From Pelagomonas calceolata (taxonomy: Eukaryota), in the NCBI GenBank assembly GCA_918797485.1, contig CAKKNE010000002.1, forward strand, positions 3,224,001-3,288,000: a stretch of 64,000 nucleotides of DNA, in the 5' to 3' direction. The position numbers and the translations under genes were made by a program. Below the pieces are notes generated by a model. That model searched no databases and had not been told where the DNA came from. It saw nothing but the letters and a program-made list of their open reading frames with translations. How positions within the stretch are numbered: position 1 is the stretch's first letter; each line of letters opens with the position of its first letter. This document shows positions 41,346-51,753 of the stretch, piece by piece.

Positions 41346-42707
41346 TTAGAGATCTAACGGCACGAAGTCCGAGTCGTCCTCCAGGTCCGCGAGGACGCGA
41401 TCCAACGCGGCGAGGAACGCCTCGACCTCCGCCTCGGTGTTGTAGAGCGCGAGCGACGCGCGCACCGTGCCGCCGTCGGCGCCCAGCCGTTTATGCAAAG
41501 GCTGCGTGCAGTGGTGGCCCGCGCGCACCGCGACGCCCTCCTGGTCGAGGAAGAAGGCTAAATCTGAAGAATGCACGCCGTCGCACGTGAACGCGCACAG
41601 CGCCGCTCCTCGTTCCGAGGGCGGCGGCCCCACGATGCGGATGCGGTCGCCGAAGCCTATCAAACCTTCATAGAGCTTCGCGCCCAGCTGCTGTTCGTAC
41701 GCGGCGATACGGTCCATGCCGACCTCCGTCAAAAATTCGCAGGCCGCGCCCAGCCCGACGGCCTCGGCGATGGGCGGCGTCCCCGCCTCGAAGCGCGCCG
41801 GCGGCGCCGCGTACGTCGTGACGCCGTCGTCCAAAAACACGTCGCCGATCATTTCCCCGCCGCCCTGCCACGGCCGCATCTCCTCGAGGCGCTTCGACAA
41901 ACCCCACAAGACGCCGATGCCCGTCGGCCCGCACATCTTGTGGCCGCTGAACGCGACGAAGTCGACCCCCAAAGCTTGCACGTCGAGTGGCTTGTGCGGA
42001 GCGCTCTGGCACGCGTCGAGCAGAATAATGGCCTCGGGGGCCACTTTTCTCACTTTTTCTACTACTTGTTGTACAGGTGCGACACATCCCAAAACGTTGG
42101 ACACGTGGCACAGCGCGACGACTTTTGTGGAAGGTGTTATGAGCTCGAGGAGTTTATCCGTATCGAGCTGTTCTTGCTTGTCATTTAACGGCGCGTATTT
42201 AATCGTGCAGCCCGTCCTTTTTGATAATAACTGCCAAGGAACCAAATTGGAGTGGTGCTCTAGCGCGCTCAGCACAATTTCGTCGCCACTGGACACATAG
42301 GCGTCGCCCCACGCGTGCGCGACCAAATTGATCGCTTCGGTAGCGCCGCGCGTCCACACGACTTCGTTTCTCGAAAACGCATTGATGAACTTGGCCACGA
42401 TGTCGCGCGCGCCCTCGTACGCGTCGGTCGCCCTTTGTGCGAGGTCGTGCGCGCCGCGGTGGACGTTCGCGTTGTCCTCCTCGTAGTATTTGGTTGTGGC
42501 GTCGAGGACGCTCTGCGGCTTCTGGGACGTGGCGCCGCTGTCGAAGTAGACGAGGTCGTGGCCGCGGCTCTTTTGTTTGAGCGCGGGGAACTCTTGTCGT
42601 AATACGTCGGCGTCGACGGCGTGTAGTGCTGTGGCTTTGGGTTGCCTTGTTGGTGGTATATAGGCTGCGCACGCCGTCGTTGTCGTTACGAGGAGGAGTG
42701 CGCGCAT
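41346..42707 (-). CDS. sufS: SufS-type cysteine desulfurase (plastid)
   Basis: YFDSGATSQKP, NANVHRG, EHHSN, FSGHKM, FEAGTP, RAGHHC; N-terminal signal peptide. Confidence 0.95.
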   Translation of the reverse strand: MRALLLVTTTTACAAYIPPTRQPKATALHAVDADVLRQEFPALKQKSRGHDLVYFDSGATSQKPQSVLDATTKYYEEDNANVHRGAHDLAQRATDAYEGARDIVAKFINAFSRNEVVWTRGATEAINLVAHAWGDAYVSSGDEIVLSALEHHSNLVPWQLLSKRTGCTIKYAPLNDKQEQLDTDKLLELITPSTKVVALCHVSNVLGCVAPVQQVVEKVRKVAPEAIILLDACQSAPHKPLDVQALGVDFVAFSGHKMCGPTGIGVLWGLSKRLEEMRPWQGGGEMIGDVFLDDGVTTYAAPPARFEAGTPPIAEAVGLGAACEFLTEVGMDRIAAYEQQLGAKLYEGLIGFGDRIRIVGPPPSERGAALCAFTCDGVHSSDLAFFLDQEGVAVRAGHHCTQPLHKRLGADGGTVRASLALYNTEAEVEAFLAALDRVLADLEDDSDFVPLDL

Positions 42708-42886
42708 CGTTCAGGCCGTGCGGTGCCCAGCGCTGAGGTGAGGTGGCTCCAAAATGCTCAGCTCAGTCCACACCGCGGGCGTCGACAGCGTTGCAATCGC
42801 TGTCACTATCACGTATGCAGTTGTACGCGTGCGCACGCGACCCCACACTCAGCTATGCAGCACTTTCAGCGTCCTTTGCAGTACGT

Positions 42887-42909
42887 GCTAGCGCACTGTA
42901 AGACACTAG
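42887..42909. promoter_or_regulatory. CTAG-bipartite intergenic motif, copy 11
   Basis: GCTAGCGCACTGTAAGACACTAG, between divergent genes. Confidence 0.6.
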
Positions 42910-43093
42910 CAAGCAAATGCCGCGAAGACCTCCAAGCATCCATAGACCGGCACCATGTCGCCTGAAGCATCGTATGCGAGCGGCGAGAGGCGCCCTCTGA
43001 TGAAATACGCGCCCTCCAAATGGCAGAATGATCTGCAAAACCCGAGGGTTATAGATCTGAGATCGAGCGCACACGCTGCCCATCTGCCACAAG

Positions 43094-43543
43094 ATGAGGC
43101 GACTCTTGCTGCCCCTGCTCCTCGCCAGCACAACGGCGGCGAAGAGCACCTACTGGAAAGAAGTGGAAGCCAAGAAGCGGCGGCCGGCCGCCGCGGCCTA
43201 TTGTCCCAAAAGGTGCTTCACGACGGAAGCGAGCGGCGACGAGAAGAGGGAAGTAGCCGACTTGACATGCTGCTCGTCGGCGCAGGGGACGATTTTCGAG
43301 CTGGCCGCGTTCGTCGCGGCGACGACGGAGACGGCGGTGCGAGGCTTCTCCCTGGGTTTCGGCTACGTCCTCGTCAAGGCGACGCTGCGGGCGGCCGACA
43401 GTGACGAGGGCCCGCGGAGCGGCCACGACTTCGGGCCGGCGTACCGCTTCGCGCGCATGGCGGGCCTCGGCGTCGCCTGCTCGTTCGTCGGCCTTTCCAT
43501 GTTCGTGCCGGTGGGCCTGAGGCTGGGCCACCGGCTGGCCTAG
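43094..43543 (+). CDS. small membrane protein with signal peptide
   Basis: MRRLLLPLLLA signal peptide; Cys cluster; two hydrophobic segments. Confidence 0.55.
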   Translation: MRRLLLPLLLASTTAAKSTYWKEVEAKKRRPAAAAYCPKRCFTTEASGDEKREVADLTCCSSAQGTIFELAAFVAATTETAVRGFSLGFGYVLVKATLRAADSDEGPRSGHDFGPAYRFARMAGLGVACSFVGLSMFVPVGLRLGHRLA

Positions 43544-43644
43544 GACGCGTCTTTCGTCTTTCCTCCCCTTCCTCACGTCTTACTAAGTTTGTTGAATTCT
43601 AGTCGTCTTGCTTCTTAGGTCTTCTTGGGTCTTCGTGGGGGGGC

Positions 43645-43934
43645 CTACGACGCGGCCGCGGCGGCCGCGGCCCGCTTGGCCTCCTTGGCGGCCTTCTTGC
43701 GCGCGCGGCGCTCCTTCTCCGCGCGGATGCGGCGGTTGCGCTCGCGCTTCGCCTCCTTGGCGCGGCGGCGCGCCTCGGCCTCGACGTCGGCTTGCGAGGG
43801 CGCCGCTTGGGCCGCGGCGGCCGCGACGCGCCGGCGGAAGTCCGCGAGCGCCGCGCCGGCCGCGGGCGCCGGCGCCGGGTCGCCGGGCAGGTCGAGGGCC
43901 ACGTCGCGTAATCCCGACACGGCGCGGAGCTTAG
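43645..43934 (-). pseudogene. 5'-truncated gene fragment (basic coiled-coil C-terminus)
   Basis: Coding-like frame ...EAEARRRAKEAKRERNRR...AS* with no ATG of its own. Confidence 0.45.
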
Positions 43935-43940
43935 GCCGCG

Positions 43941-44114
43941 ACGACGCTCGAAGACGCGGAACGGATTGCGCGGCGCGTGTTTGGCGGCGCGCACCCGACC
44001 ACAGCGGGGATTGAGAAAGCCCTGCGAGGCGCGCGAGCCGCGCTCCGCGCCCGCGAAGCGCCGCCGCCACCGCCGCCGACGCCGCCCCTTTACGGCGAGG
44101 ACGAGCTTGATTAA
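43941..44114 (+). pseudogene. 3' fragment of a TPR-like family gene
   Basis: TTLEDAERIARRVFGGAHPTTAGIEKALRGARAALRARE...*; in-frame TAG at 43932 immediately upstream. Confidence 0.6.
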
Positions 44115-44160
44115 GTAAAGCTTAGACAATCACCAACATATCTCACAACAACGTATCTTA

Positions 44161-45084
44161 TTAGGACGGGTGATCCGCGGCGGCCTCCGCATCGAGCCGC
44201 GCGGCCTCGGCCTCGAGCTCCGCGACGCGCCGCTCCGCCTCGAGCGCGCGGATGCGCGCGTCGGCCTGGCCCGCCGCCGCCGCCGAGAGCGCGCCGAGGA
44301 GCCTCTGCATGTCGGCCTCCATGGTCACGGCCATGGTCCGCAGATCGTCCTTCAAACCCACCATACACGCCCGGCAGTCCGCGAGCTCGCCGCGCTTCGC
44401 CGCGAGCTCGTCGAGGAGCTGCCCCCGGCCTTTGCTCCGGTAGACTTTTAGGACGTGGTCGCCCTCCTCCTTCGCTTCGACTTCTTCCATTGCATCGGCC
44501 ATCGACTCCCAGAACGCGGCGACGCCCCGCCGGCCACTCTTGCAGCAGACGTAGACAGAGGCGCCCGGCTTCGCTATATGCAAAATTGCTTTCTGCAGTA
44601 ACGGCGCGGCTCCTTCGGAATACACACAGTCCGCGCATAAGACGACGTCCGCTTCTCTCCTTAAACCCTCAAGCTCGTCCCAATCGAACACACGCGTCTC
44701 CACACCTGCATCATTCAACGACGCCGTCCGCGCCGCGCGCCTCAATACAGCTTGAGACGCGTCCGTCGCGACGACGCGCGCCGCGCCGCGCCTCGCCGCG
44801 ACGACGGCGGGCACGGCGCACCCGCACCCGAGCTCCACAACCGTCGCGCCCGCGAAGCGCTCTCCGCCAATGCGCTCCGCGAGGACCCGCGCGGCGCCCC
44901 ACACCACGTTACCCGACTGGTCGGCCCCGCTCGCGCCGAAGGCGTGCGTCGCCTCCTGCGTGACTATGTCGAGGTCTCCGAACGTGACCGTCGTGACCGT
45001 CGCCCGGTCCTCGGCGTCCGGGTCCTCGCTGCCCGTGCTGGCCGTGTCGTCGTCCTCGCGCATCAATGCGCGCAGCTCACTCAT
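44161..45084 (-). CDS. seven-beta-strand protein methyltransferase (METTL21/23-like, family 16)
   Basis: GNVVW, VVELGCG, VVATD, FDW, ADCVY; C-terminal coiled coil. Confidence 0.88.
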   Translation of the reverse strand: MSELRALMREDDDTASTGSEDPDAEDRATVTTVTFGDLDIVTQEATHAFGASGADQSGNVVWGAARVLAERIGGERFAGATVVELGCGCAVPAVVAARRGAARVVATDASQAVLRRAARTASLNDAGVETRVFDWDELEGLRREADVVLCADCVYSEGAAPLLQKAILHIAKPGASVYVCCKSGRRGVAAFWESMADAMEEVEAKEEGDHVLKVYRSKGRGQLLDELAAKRGELADCRACMVGLKDDLRTMAVTMEADMQRLLGALSAAAAGQADARIRALEAERRVAELEAEAARLDAEAAADHPS

Positions 45085-45236
45085 CGTGCTCGTAACCAGT
45101 CTCAGGGCTGCAGGTGCTTGGACCACTTATTGAGCCGCGATGCGTCGTCGCTTCGCTTGGATTGTTATGTAGAGCTATAATTAGAGCGTAAACGCGTGCG
45201 TGCCGTAGCAATGCGTCCTTATGGCGCTTGGACGCA

Positions 45237-45258
45237 GCTAGCGGCAGTAAGACACTAG
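45237..45258. promoter_or_regulatory. CTAG-bipartite intergenic motif, copy 12
   Basis: GCTAGCGGCAGTAAGACACTAG, the exact reverse complement of copy 13. Confidence 0.6.
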
Positions 45259-45411
45259 ACAGGCGCGGGCATCAAATGACGCAGTGCGTAAAGCACAGCA
45301 GTGGCAAAGCATAAGTGCTCGTTGTGCTGACGTTCCGCACTGGTAGCCTGCCCTGCGTCGTCTCGAAACGGTCGCGAAACACACAAAACACTCCAGATCA
45401 AAAGATCCCAG

Positions 45412-46905
45412 ATGGCTGGCACACGCGACGCACGCGAAGCACGCGACGAGCTGCCCGACTTCCTGAGCGCCGCCTCGGAGAACGAGCTGAGCGATTCCAA
45501 TATTTGCATAAGATGCAAGACGCCCGCTAAAAAACGCCACGCGCGCGAGCTCTGGCGACGCGCCGCGCGCATGGCGCGCGAGCAGCTCTTCGCTACTGAT
45601 CCTCTCCAACATGTTGAGTTAGGAGAACCGGAGCACGTCGTGCGACGGCGATGGATCAATGATAGATGGGTCGAAGATATCGCGGAAATAAGGATGTCCA
45701 AGACCCCCTTCGCCGAAGGTAGTTTGAGAATATGCTACCACGCCAAGAAGATGTCGTCGCGGTGCACGTTACGCCACCGCCAGCAGAACTCGAAGCACGC
45801 GCAGTGGGCCTACCAGCGCAATTACGTTCTCAAAGTGTATAAGTCGACTTCCGTGAGGGGCGGCGGCCAGAGATTGAGGGATATGCTCGAAGGCGACGTC
45901 AAGGTCCAGGGCGAGGCCAAGGCTTTGGCGGACCAGTACAACAAGGAGTTACGAGCTTTGCTGAAAGCGGGCCGGTTTGATCGCCGATCTCCGCAACCGA
46001 TGAAGTTCAAGTGCGTCGACATGCTGGAAGCATCTTTGGTAACCTTCATACATAGACCAAATAAACCGACCTACTTCATGGAGTCCTATATTGAAGGACA
46101 TTTCAGCAAGTACAACGGTAACGCGGGCTATGTCGATCGGGCGTCGCCGCGACTAAGAGCCACCCCACAAGCCTTCTCGCACTTCACGTTCTGTCGAACG
46201 GGTGGAGAAAAGATCGTCGTCGACGTGCAGGGCGTCGGCGATCTCCTGACGGACCCGCAGCTCCACACGCGGGAAGGGAATTCGGGCCCCGGCGACGGCG
46301 GCCCTCGCGGTTTTGGATTGTTCTTCGCGACGCACAAATGCAACCGCATCTGCCGACGGATGGGTCTCCGAACCTTTCGGACGAACGAGGAGAGCCTCAT
46401 GAGCGGCTCGGACACGGAACTGGAAGATGAGAGGGAGGACGAGGTGGGGTACGACGACGTGTTGCGACGATTAGCACGGACGTTGGACGACGTGGAGAAG
46501 CTGGACGTCGGTCTGAAAACAGCTGACGATCTTGGTAGTGTCCTGCCGGACGTTGTGGTGGACGCGTTGCCCTTAGAACCGATTCTTGATGCGTCAAAGG
46601 ACTCGGCCGCAGTACTCTTAAGGGAGCCGCACCGCGAGCTGGGCAAGATGCTCTTGGACGATGATGATGGATTGACGCGCGCGCGGCCCGAGGCGGCGCT
46701 GTACCACCTCGCGGCCGCGGCTCTGGGCGGCGACGGGGAGGCTCTGGAGTTCCTGCGGGCCGTGCGCGCGGCGCGGGACGAGCGGCGCCGGTGGAGCGAG
46801 GCGCACGCGCGCGCGGCGGCGCTGCGCTCCGTGGCCGCGGTGGCCATTTTGGCCGCCGCTTTATATAATGCCGGCTCGCTACTGGCGCGGCGGCGGCGGC
46901 GGTGA
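45412..46905 (+). CDS. alpha-kinase (eEF2K/MHCK family)
   Basis: PFAEGSLR, E.YIEG.F.KYN.N.G, PQAFSHFTF, VVDVQG, LTDPQ, H.CN.IC. Confidence 0.92.
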   Translation: MAGTRDAREARDELPDFLSAASENELSDSNICIRCKTPAKKRHARELWRRAARMAREQLFATDPLQHVELGEPEHVVRRRWINDRWVEDIAEIRMSKTPFAEGSLRICYHAKKMSSRCTLRHRQQNSKHAQWAYQRNYVLKVYKSTSVRGGGQRLRDMLEGDVKVQGEAKALADQYNKELRALLKAGRFDRRSPQPMKFKCVDMLEASLVTFIHRPNKPTYFMESYIEGHFSKYNGNAGYVDRASPRLRATPQAFSHFTFCRTGGEKIVVDVQGVGDLLTDPQLHTREGNSGPGDGGPRGFGLFFATHKCNRICRRMGLRTFRTNEESLMSGSDTELEDEREDEVGYDDVLRRLARTLDDVEKLDVGLKTADDLGSVLPDVVVDALPLEPILDASKDSAAVLLREPHRELGKMLLDDDDGLTRARPEAALYHLAAAALGGDGEALEFLRAVRAARDERRRWSEAHARAAALRSVAAVAILAAALYNAGSLLARRRRR

Positions 46906-47061
46906 GGTTTTGTCTGCTTAATGTTTGTGTGTCTCTACTACTCCTCCTTGCGTGCGGGGACAGCGCCGTGTGCAGCGCCGTGCGTCTCACGCTCCCACCG
47001 CGCCCGCTCGGGCTCTGTAGCGCCGTCGACGCGACCGACAGTCGCAAGCACTCCTCCAGAA

Positions 47062-48033
47062 ATGCGTTCGGGCAGCCAGATGGCCTCCGAAGCGAAGGCG
47101 CCGCCCCCATCCCACGTTGCCCAGGACAGACCGGCAGCCAAGGCCCCGCCGCCGGCCCACGTCGCCCAGGACGGGACGCCGAAGCCGCCGAGGAAACCGC
47201 ACGCCGACACCCCAGCCGCCGGTGCCGTCGCGAAGGCGGCGGCGGAAGCGCTCATGGCGGCGCCGGACGGGACGCCGACGCCGCGGCCGCCGGGGAGCGG
47301 CTCGCCACGGGCCACCGCTGCGATGGTCGCGGCGGCGCGGGGAATTCGGACGAAGGAGCGCGACGAGCACGCTGGCGACGCGCTCCGAGCGGCGGCAGCA
47401 GAGGTCGAGGCGGCTACGGGGGAAGCGGCCGCGCCGGGACTGCGCGCGTCGGCCGAGGAGGTCGCCGACGCGGCGCGTGGGCAAGCAGAAACCGCCATGA
47501 AGGAAGTCGCAGTGGCGCAGCAGGCCGAGGCGAAGTCCGTTCTGAAGCGCGCCGCCGCGGAGGCCGACGCGCCCGCCGAGAAGGCGGTGGCCGTCCTCGA
47601 GGCGAAGGCGAAGGCCGTCGAGCCAGCGAGGCCGCGGGCTGCCGCGCGCGCGAAGCCGCCGCCCCGAATCGATGACGACGACGACGACGTCGCTCCATCA
47701 CGACGGAGGCGCTGCGACTGGAAGGGAATGGACATCAAATTCGACCTGCTCCTAGATCAACTCGAGGACGCGTGCCAGATTTCCAAGCATGCCCTCGCCA
47801 TTTTACCGACGGAGGAGGAGAAGAGGGAAATCGATGCGGAGTTAGTGAGGAGGTCGTACGACGAGATGCTCGATAGAGTACGATTGGCGCACGACCGCGC
47901 GACCGACATATTGAAGGAGGCCGGGCCGCCGAAACCGAAGCCTCCTCGACCACCGCCACCCCCACCATACGTCCCCGGCGCCCCGTTCGTCCCGTTCTGC
48001 GGCGAGGGGAACGTGTTGGGGGGAGAGTGGTAA
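47062..48033 (+). CDS. hypothetical protein with a C-terminal SHP-box-like motif
   Basis: Ala-rich ORF ending FVPFCGEGNVLGG. Confidence 0.55.
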   Translation: MRSGSQMASEAKAPPPSHVAQDRPAAKAPPPAHVAQDGTPKPPRKPHADTPAAGAVAKAAAEALMAAPDGTPTPRPPGSGSPRATAAMVAAARGIRTKERDEHAGDALRAAAAEVEAATGEAAAPGLRASAEEVADAARGQAETAMKEVAVAQQAEAKSVLKRAAAEADAPAEKAVAVLEAKAKAVEPARPRAAARAKPPPRIDDDDDDVAPSRRRRCDWKGMDIKFDLLLDQLEDACQISKHALAILPTEEEKREIDAELVRRSYDEMLDRVRLAHDRATDILKEAGPPKPKPPRPPPPPPYVPGAPFVPFCGEGNVLGGEW

Positions 48034-48053
48034 CATTGTGTTAAAAATCAAAA

Positions 48054-49175
48054 CTAGGTCGGCGGCGGCGGCGGCGCAGCCGCACGAGCCGCCCGCTCGG
48101 CGCGCGCCGCGGCGAGCGCGGCCTCGAACCGCTTCGAGTAGACCTTCGTGAAGCCCACACACTCCGAAGAGGAGCGCGGGACGCCGTCCGTGACCGGGCA
48201 CTTGCCCTTTAAAATCTCTTTCTTGGTGAGGCCCCACATGCCCATGGAGGGTTCCGGGTTGAACTCCAAAAGGACCAGTTGGTTATCTGGCGTGACCATC
48301 GCGTCGACGCCGAACAGCTCCCAGGCGTTCGGCAGCGCGAAGAAGTGGCGCTTCTCGCCGGTTGTTGACGGTGGCGGCGGCGCTCCATTCACACCGCGTC
48401 GCAACGCGTCTGCTTTAGCCAATCTTTTAGCGACGCCGGCGATCAGCGTTCTAGCTTGCTTGAGTAATGCGGCACCGTCAAGCTCACCACAAACCCGGAG
48501 GGACTGGTTGTGCTTGGCCGCGTCGTAGGCCGCGTGGTCCACGTTGAAGCTTCTGTTGGTAATGCGCGCATGGTCGTTGTCATCGCTCATCGGTACCGGC
48601 GAGACCAACACTCGAGCATCATCAAAAACAAAACACTCGAGGTCGCCCACGACCAACGCTAATAATCGCAGGTGGAACTTGTTCCCTTGCATCAGAGGCA
48701 GCGAGGGAATGGCCCGCTGCGCGACCCAGAGCGACCGCTCGTCGCCGGCTCTCGCCTCGTTATACGTCTTTTCGAGATCATCGTCCGCACAGAACCGAAT
48801 GCCGAAAGCATTAGAAGAGTCCGCCGGCTTCAGGCACCAGCCCTCCTCGTAGAAGACGCCGTCCTCGTTCAGCGGCCCCTCGCGCCGCTCCGCCCGTCGG
48901 CAATCCGCCTCGCCGGCTATCGTCCAAGTGAGCGGCATGCGCGGCGCGTACCTCGGCAGCAGATCTTTCCTAATCAGCGCGCTCCGCAGGAACAACCTGT
49001 CCGCAACAATCTCCTGCGCGAAGACCCGCGGCCAGGGGACGCCCTTCCAGGCGCTGCTCACGTCGCGGGCGTTGATCATGGCTGCTCTTGGAAGCGGTGA
49101 TGAGTGGCGCGCGGCAGGCACCAGTACCAGTCTTCGTGGAGCTGTGACGAAAGGCGCGGCAGGCACCAGTACCAA
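48054..49175 (-). CDS. tubulin-tyrosine-ligase-like (ATP-grasp) protein; first ATG at 49079
   Basis: W.LKP...S...GI, KFHLR, ITN, ELFGVD, LLEFN. Confidence 0.85.
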   Translation of the reverse strand: MVLVPAAPFVTAPRRLVLVPAARHSSPLPRAAMINARDVSSAWKGVPWPRVFAQEIVADRLFLRSALIRKDLLPRYAPRMPLTWTIAGEADCRRAERREGPLNEDGVFYEEGWCLKPADSSNAFGIRFCADDDLEKTYNEARAGDERSLWVAQRAIPSLPLMQGNKFHLRLLALVVGDLECFVFDDARVLVSPVPMSDDNDHARITNRSFNVDHAAYDAAKHNQSLRVCGELDGAALLKQARTLIAGVAKRLAKADALRRGVNGAPPPPSTTGEKRHFFALPNAWELFGVDAMVTPDNQLVLLEFNPEPSMGMWGLTKKEILKGKCPVTDGVPRSSSECVGFTKVYSKRFEAALAAARAERAARAAAPPPPPT

Positions 49176-49248
49176 AAAATTGAACGTTTCCCAGCCACTA
49201 AGCTGTGTTTGAGCGGTTTGCGACCGTTTTTGGCAGCTTGCCCGAATG

Positions 49249-49270
49249 CTAGTGTCTTACTGCCGCTAGC
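49249..49270. promoter_or_regulatory. CTAG-bipartite intergenic motif, copy 13
   Basis: CTAGTGTCTTACTGCCGCTAGC, between divergent genes. Confidence 0.6.
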
Positions 49271-49457
49271 AAGTCGACGCTGGATTTTGCAAGGTGATAC
49301 GCCCCACGACCTTCCAATTTGTTTTCTGAGACACCTCAGCTTCCGAACGTATCGCCCCAAGCGCTCGGAGAAGTGCAACTTTTAACGCTAGCTGTAGCCA
49401 GCACTCACCAGCCAGGCCTCTGGGAGAGGCTGCCAAAACCGCGCGTCGGAGCGAGAG

Positions 49458-51409
49458 ATGAAGCGCGGCACGCGCCTGCTCGTGGGGCTCCTCGGCCTCA
49501 TCACGGCCCTGCAGCTGTTCCACTCCTACGTCACCTTTACGCGGCACGCGGCGGAGACCGCGGACGCGCACCCGGCCGAGCTGCGCCCCAAGCCGCCGGG
49601 CTGGCGCGAACGCTTGCCCAGTGAGAATGCGCCGCCGCTCGAACGTGAAGAACAACCAGTCAGGGACGCTCGAGGAACAAAACCGCACATCGTCTACCTG
49701 CTCGCGGACGACCTGGGCTGGCACGGCGTCGGCTGGCGGAACCCGGAAGTGCAGACCCCGAATTTGGATAGACTCGCGACGAGGGAAGGCTTGCGACTCA
49801 GCCAGCACTATACCTATAGGACGTGCTCGCCGAGCCGCTCGGCCTTGCTCAGTGGGCGACTCGCGCATCACGTCAATCAAGCGAATCCGAATCACCGCCA
49901 CCCGGGCGGCACGATCGCGGCGTCCCGCGATTCACGCCATCGACGCGCGTCGTCTCCAGGAATGATGGAATGAGGTTCCGCGCAGGCGGCGTCGACCTGG
50001 GCATGACGCTATTACCGCAAGCGCTGAAGGAGCGGGGCTATGCTACACACATGCTCGGCAAGTGGCACTTAGGCTTGGGGACCTCGGACCTGGTCCCGAC
50101 GAAGCGCGGCTTCGACACCTGGCTGGGGTTCTTCGCGGGCGCAGAGGACCACTGGAATCATAGAAGGACGGAATTACGGCGGAGTCTTATCGATTTGTGG
50201 TTCGACGACGGTCGGGGCGGCGGGCCCGCTACACAATTCGCGCGGAAGGATCAGTACGGCGACGAGCTCTTCACGGCGCGCTTCGAGAAATTAATCAAGG
50301 AGCACCCTCCCCAGAAACCGTTGTTCGTGTACTACGCGTACCAGGTGCCCCACGAGCCGCTGCAGTCGCCGCGCAAGTTCCTGGCGAAGTACACTGAATT
50401 CCGAGATATCAAGGGAGATAATGATTGGCACTACGTGGAACGGAACGGTCTAGGATTGTCCAGGCAAGAAGCTCCGAAAAGGCGGGCGCAATACCACGCC
50501 ATGGTGTCGTACCTCGACCATTCTGTTGGTAGGGTCGAGCGCGCCCTGAAAAGTAGACAAATGTGGGATTCCTCCCTGATAGTGTTCGCGACGGACAACG
50601 GCGGCGCGACGGGCCACGACGCCGACGTCGGGAACAACTGGCCGTTGAGGGGCGCCAAGTACGCAGATTACGAGGGCGGCGTGCGCGGCGTCTGCTTCGT
50701 GACGGGTGGTGTTTTACCTGTTGATAGGTGGGGCCTGGACCTTACGAACCGACGACATAGGGTGTCGATCGCGGACTGGTACGCCACTTTTGTGGAATTA
50801 GCCGGGGGCGTTCTTGAAGATAGACGCGCGGCCAAAGAACGCCTGCCTCCCTTGGACTCGCGGAGTTTATGGCCGACGATTTCGAAGGGGGAGGACGGGC
50901 CCCGCTCGCAAGAACTGCCGCTGACGGTGCCCGCGCGCGACGCGATGCCGGGAAGTGGAGGTGGCCTCATCCAGGGCCGCCACAAGCTCCTCATAGGCAA
51001 CCAGAAGTCGGCGGTGCTCAATGGGCCTACGTACCCAAATGGCACAATACCAAAGCCGCTCGTCGAGTTCTGCAAGCGCGGCTGCCTCTACGATCTGGAC
51101 GAGGATCCGGGCGAGGTCCGCGACTTGGCTTCAGAAAGGAGCGACGTGCTCGAGGTCATGTTGACGCGCTTCCGCGAGTTGCAGAAAACGGCCTACGCGA
51201 CGCCGCGCTACGCCGTCTGGCCGGACGAAGCGGCGATGGCGAGACATATCGCCGTCGTCGAGCGCGACTACGCGGGCTTCTGGGGCCCCTATACCTCTCT
51301 CTCTGCTGTTGAGAGGGCGGGGTTCGTCGATGGGAACTTCCAGCCGTGGGATAAGCACCACCGGCCCGATCTGGTGGAGGCGCAAAAGAAGCAGTTGTTG
51401 TCTAAATAA
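49458..51409 (+). CDS. arylsulfatase B-like (S1) sulfatase with an N-terminal membrane anchor; one intron
   Basis: PHIVYLLADDLG, CSPSR (formylglycine motif), GKWHLG, TDNG, NWPLRG.K...EGG. The two ORFs join through a phase-1 intron ending CGCAG at 49985. Confidence 0.93.
49906..49985 (+). other. GC-AG intron, introner-related (alternative donor at 49909)
   Basis: Needed to join the two sulfatase frames; flanked by a GGCGGC direct repeat; contains CACGCCATCGACGCG. Confidence 0.75.
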
Positions 51410-51420
51410 ATGTTAGCTGT

Positions 51421-51753
51421 CTATCCCTTGGGCCGCGCGGCCTTCTCGGCGATGCCCGACGTGCCCTCGCGGCGGCGCAGCTCGGCGTAGACCTGCTCCG
51501 GCTCGACGCCCGTCGCCGCCCACAGCACCTCGAGGTGGTAGAGCAGGTCGGCGCTCTCGCTCACGACGCCGGCCGCGTTGCCGCTCGCCGCCTCGATGAC
51601 GACTTCCGTCGCCTCCTCGCCGACCTTCTGGGCGCACTTGTTGACGCCCTTGGACAGGAGTTTCGCGGTCCACGACGAGGCCGGGTCCGCGCCCTTGCGC
51701 GACGAGACCGTGGCCCAGAGCTGGTCGAGCGCGTGGGGCTGCATCGAGGCCAT
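51421..51753 (-). CDS. hisE: phosphoribosyl-ATP pyrophosphatase (stand-alone)
   Basis: SWTAKL, KVGEEA.E, ESADLLYH, EL.RREG.SG..EK. Confidence 0.93.
   Translation of the reverse strand: MASMQPHALDQLWATVSSRKGADPASSWTAKLLSKGVNKCAQKVGEEATEVVIEAASGNAAGVVSESADLLYHLEVLWAATGVEPEQVYAELRRREGTSGIAEKAARPKG

Noticed and set aside
49108..49174. ~20-bp direct repeat GCGCGGCAGGCACCAGTACCA
   Set aside because: A local duplication in the 5' region of the TTL-like gene; no further structure.
21300..51409. Aminotransferase, SufS and sulfatase as a sulfur gene cluster
   Set aside because: They are separated by many unrelated housekeeping genes and predicted to act in different compartments.
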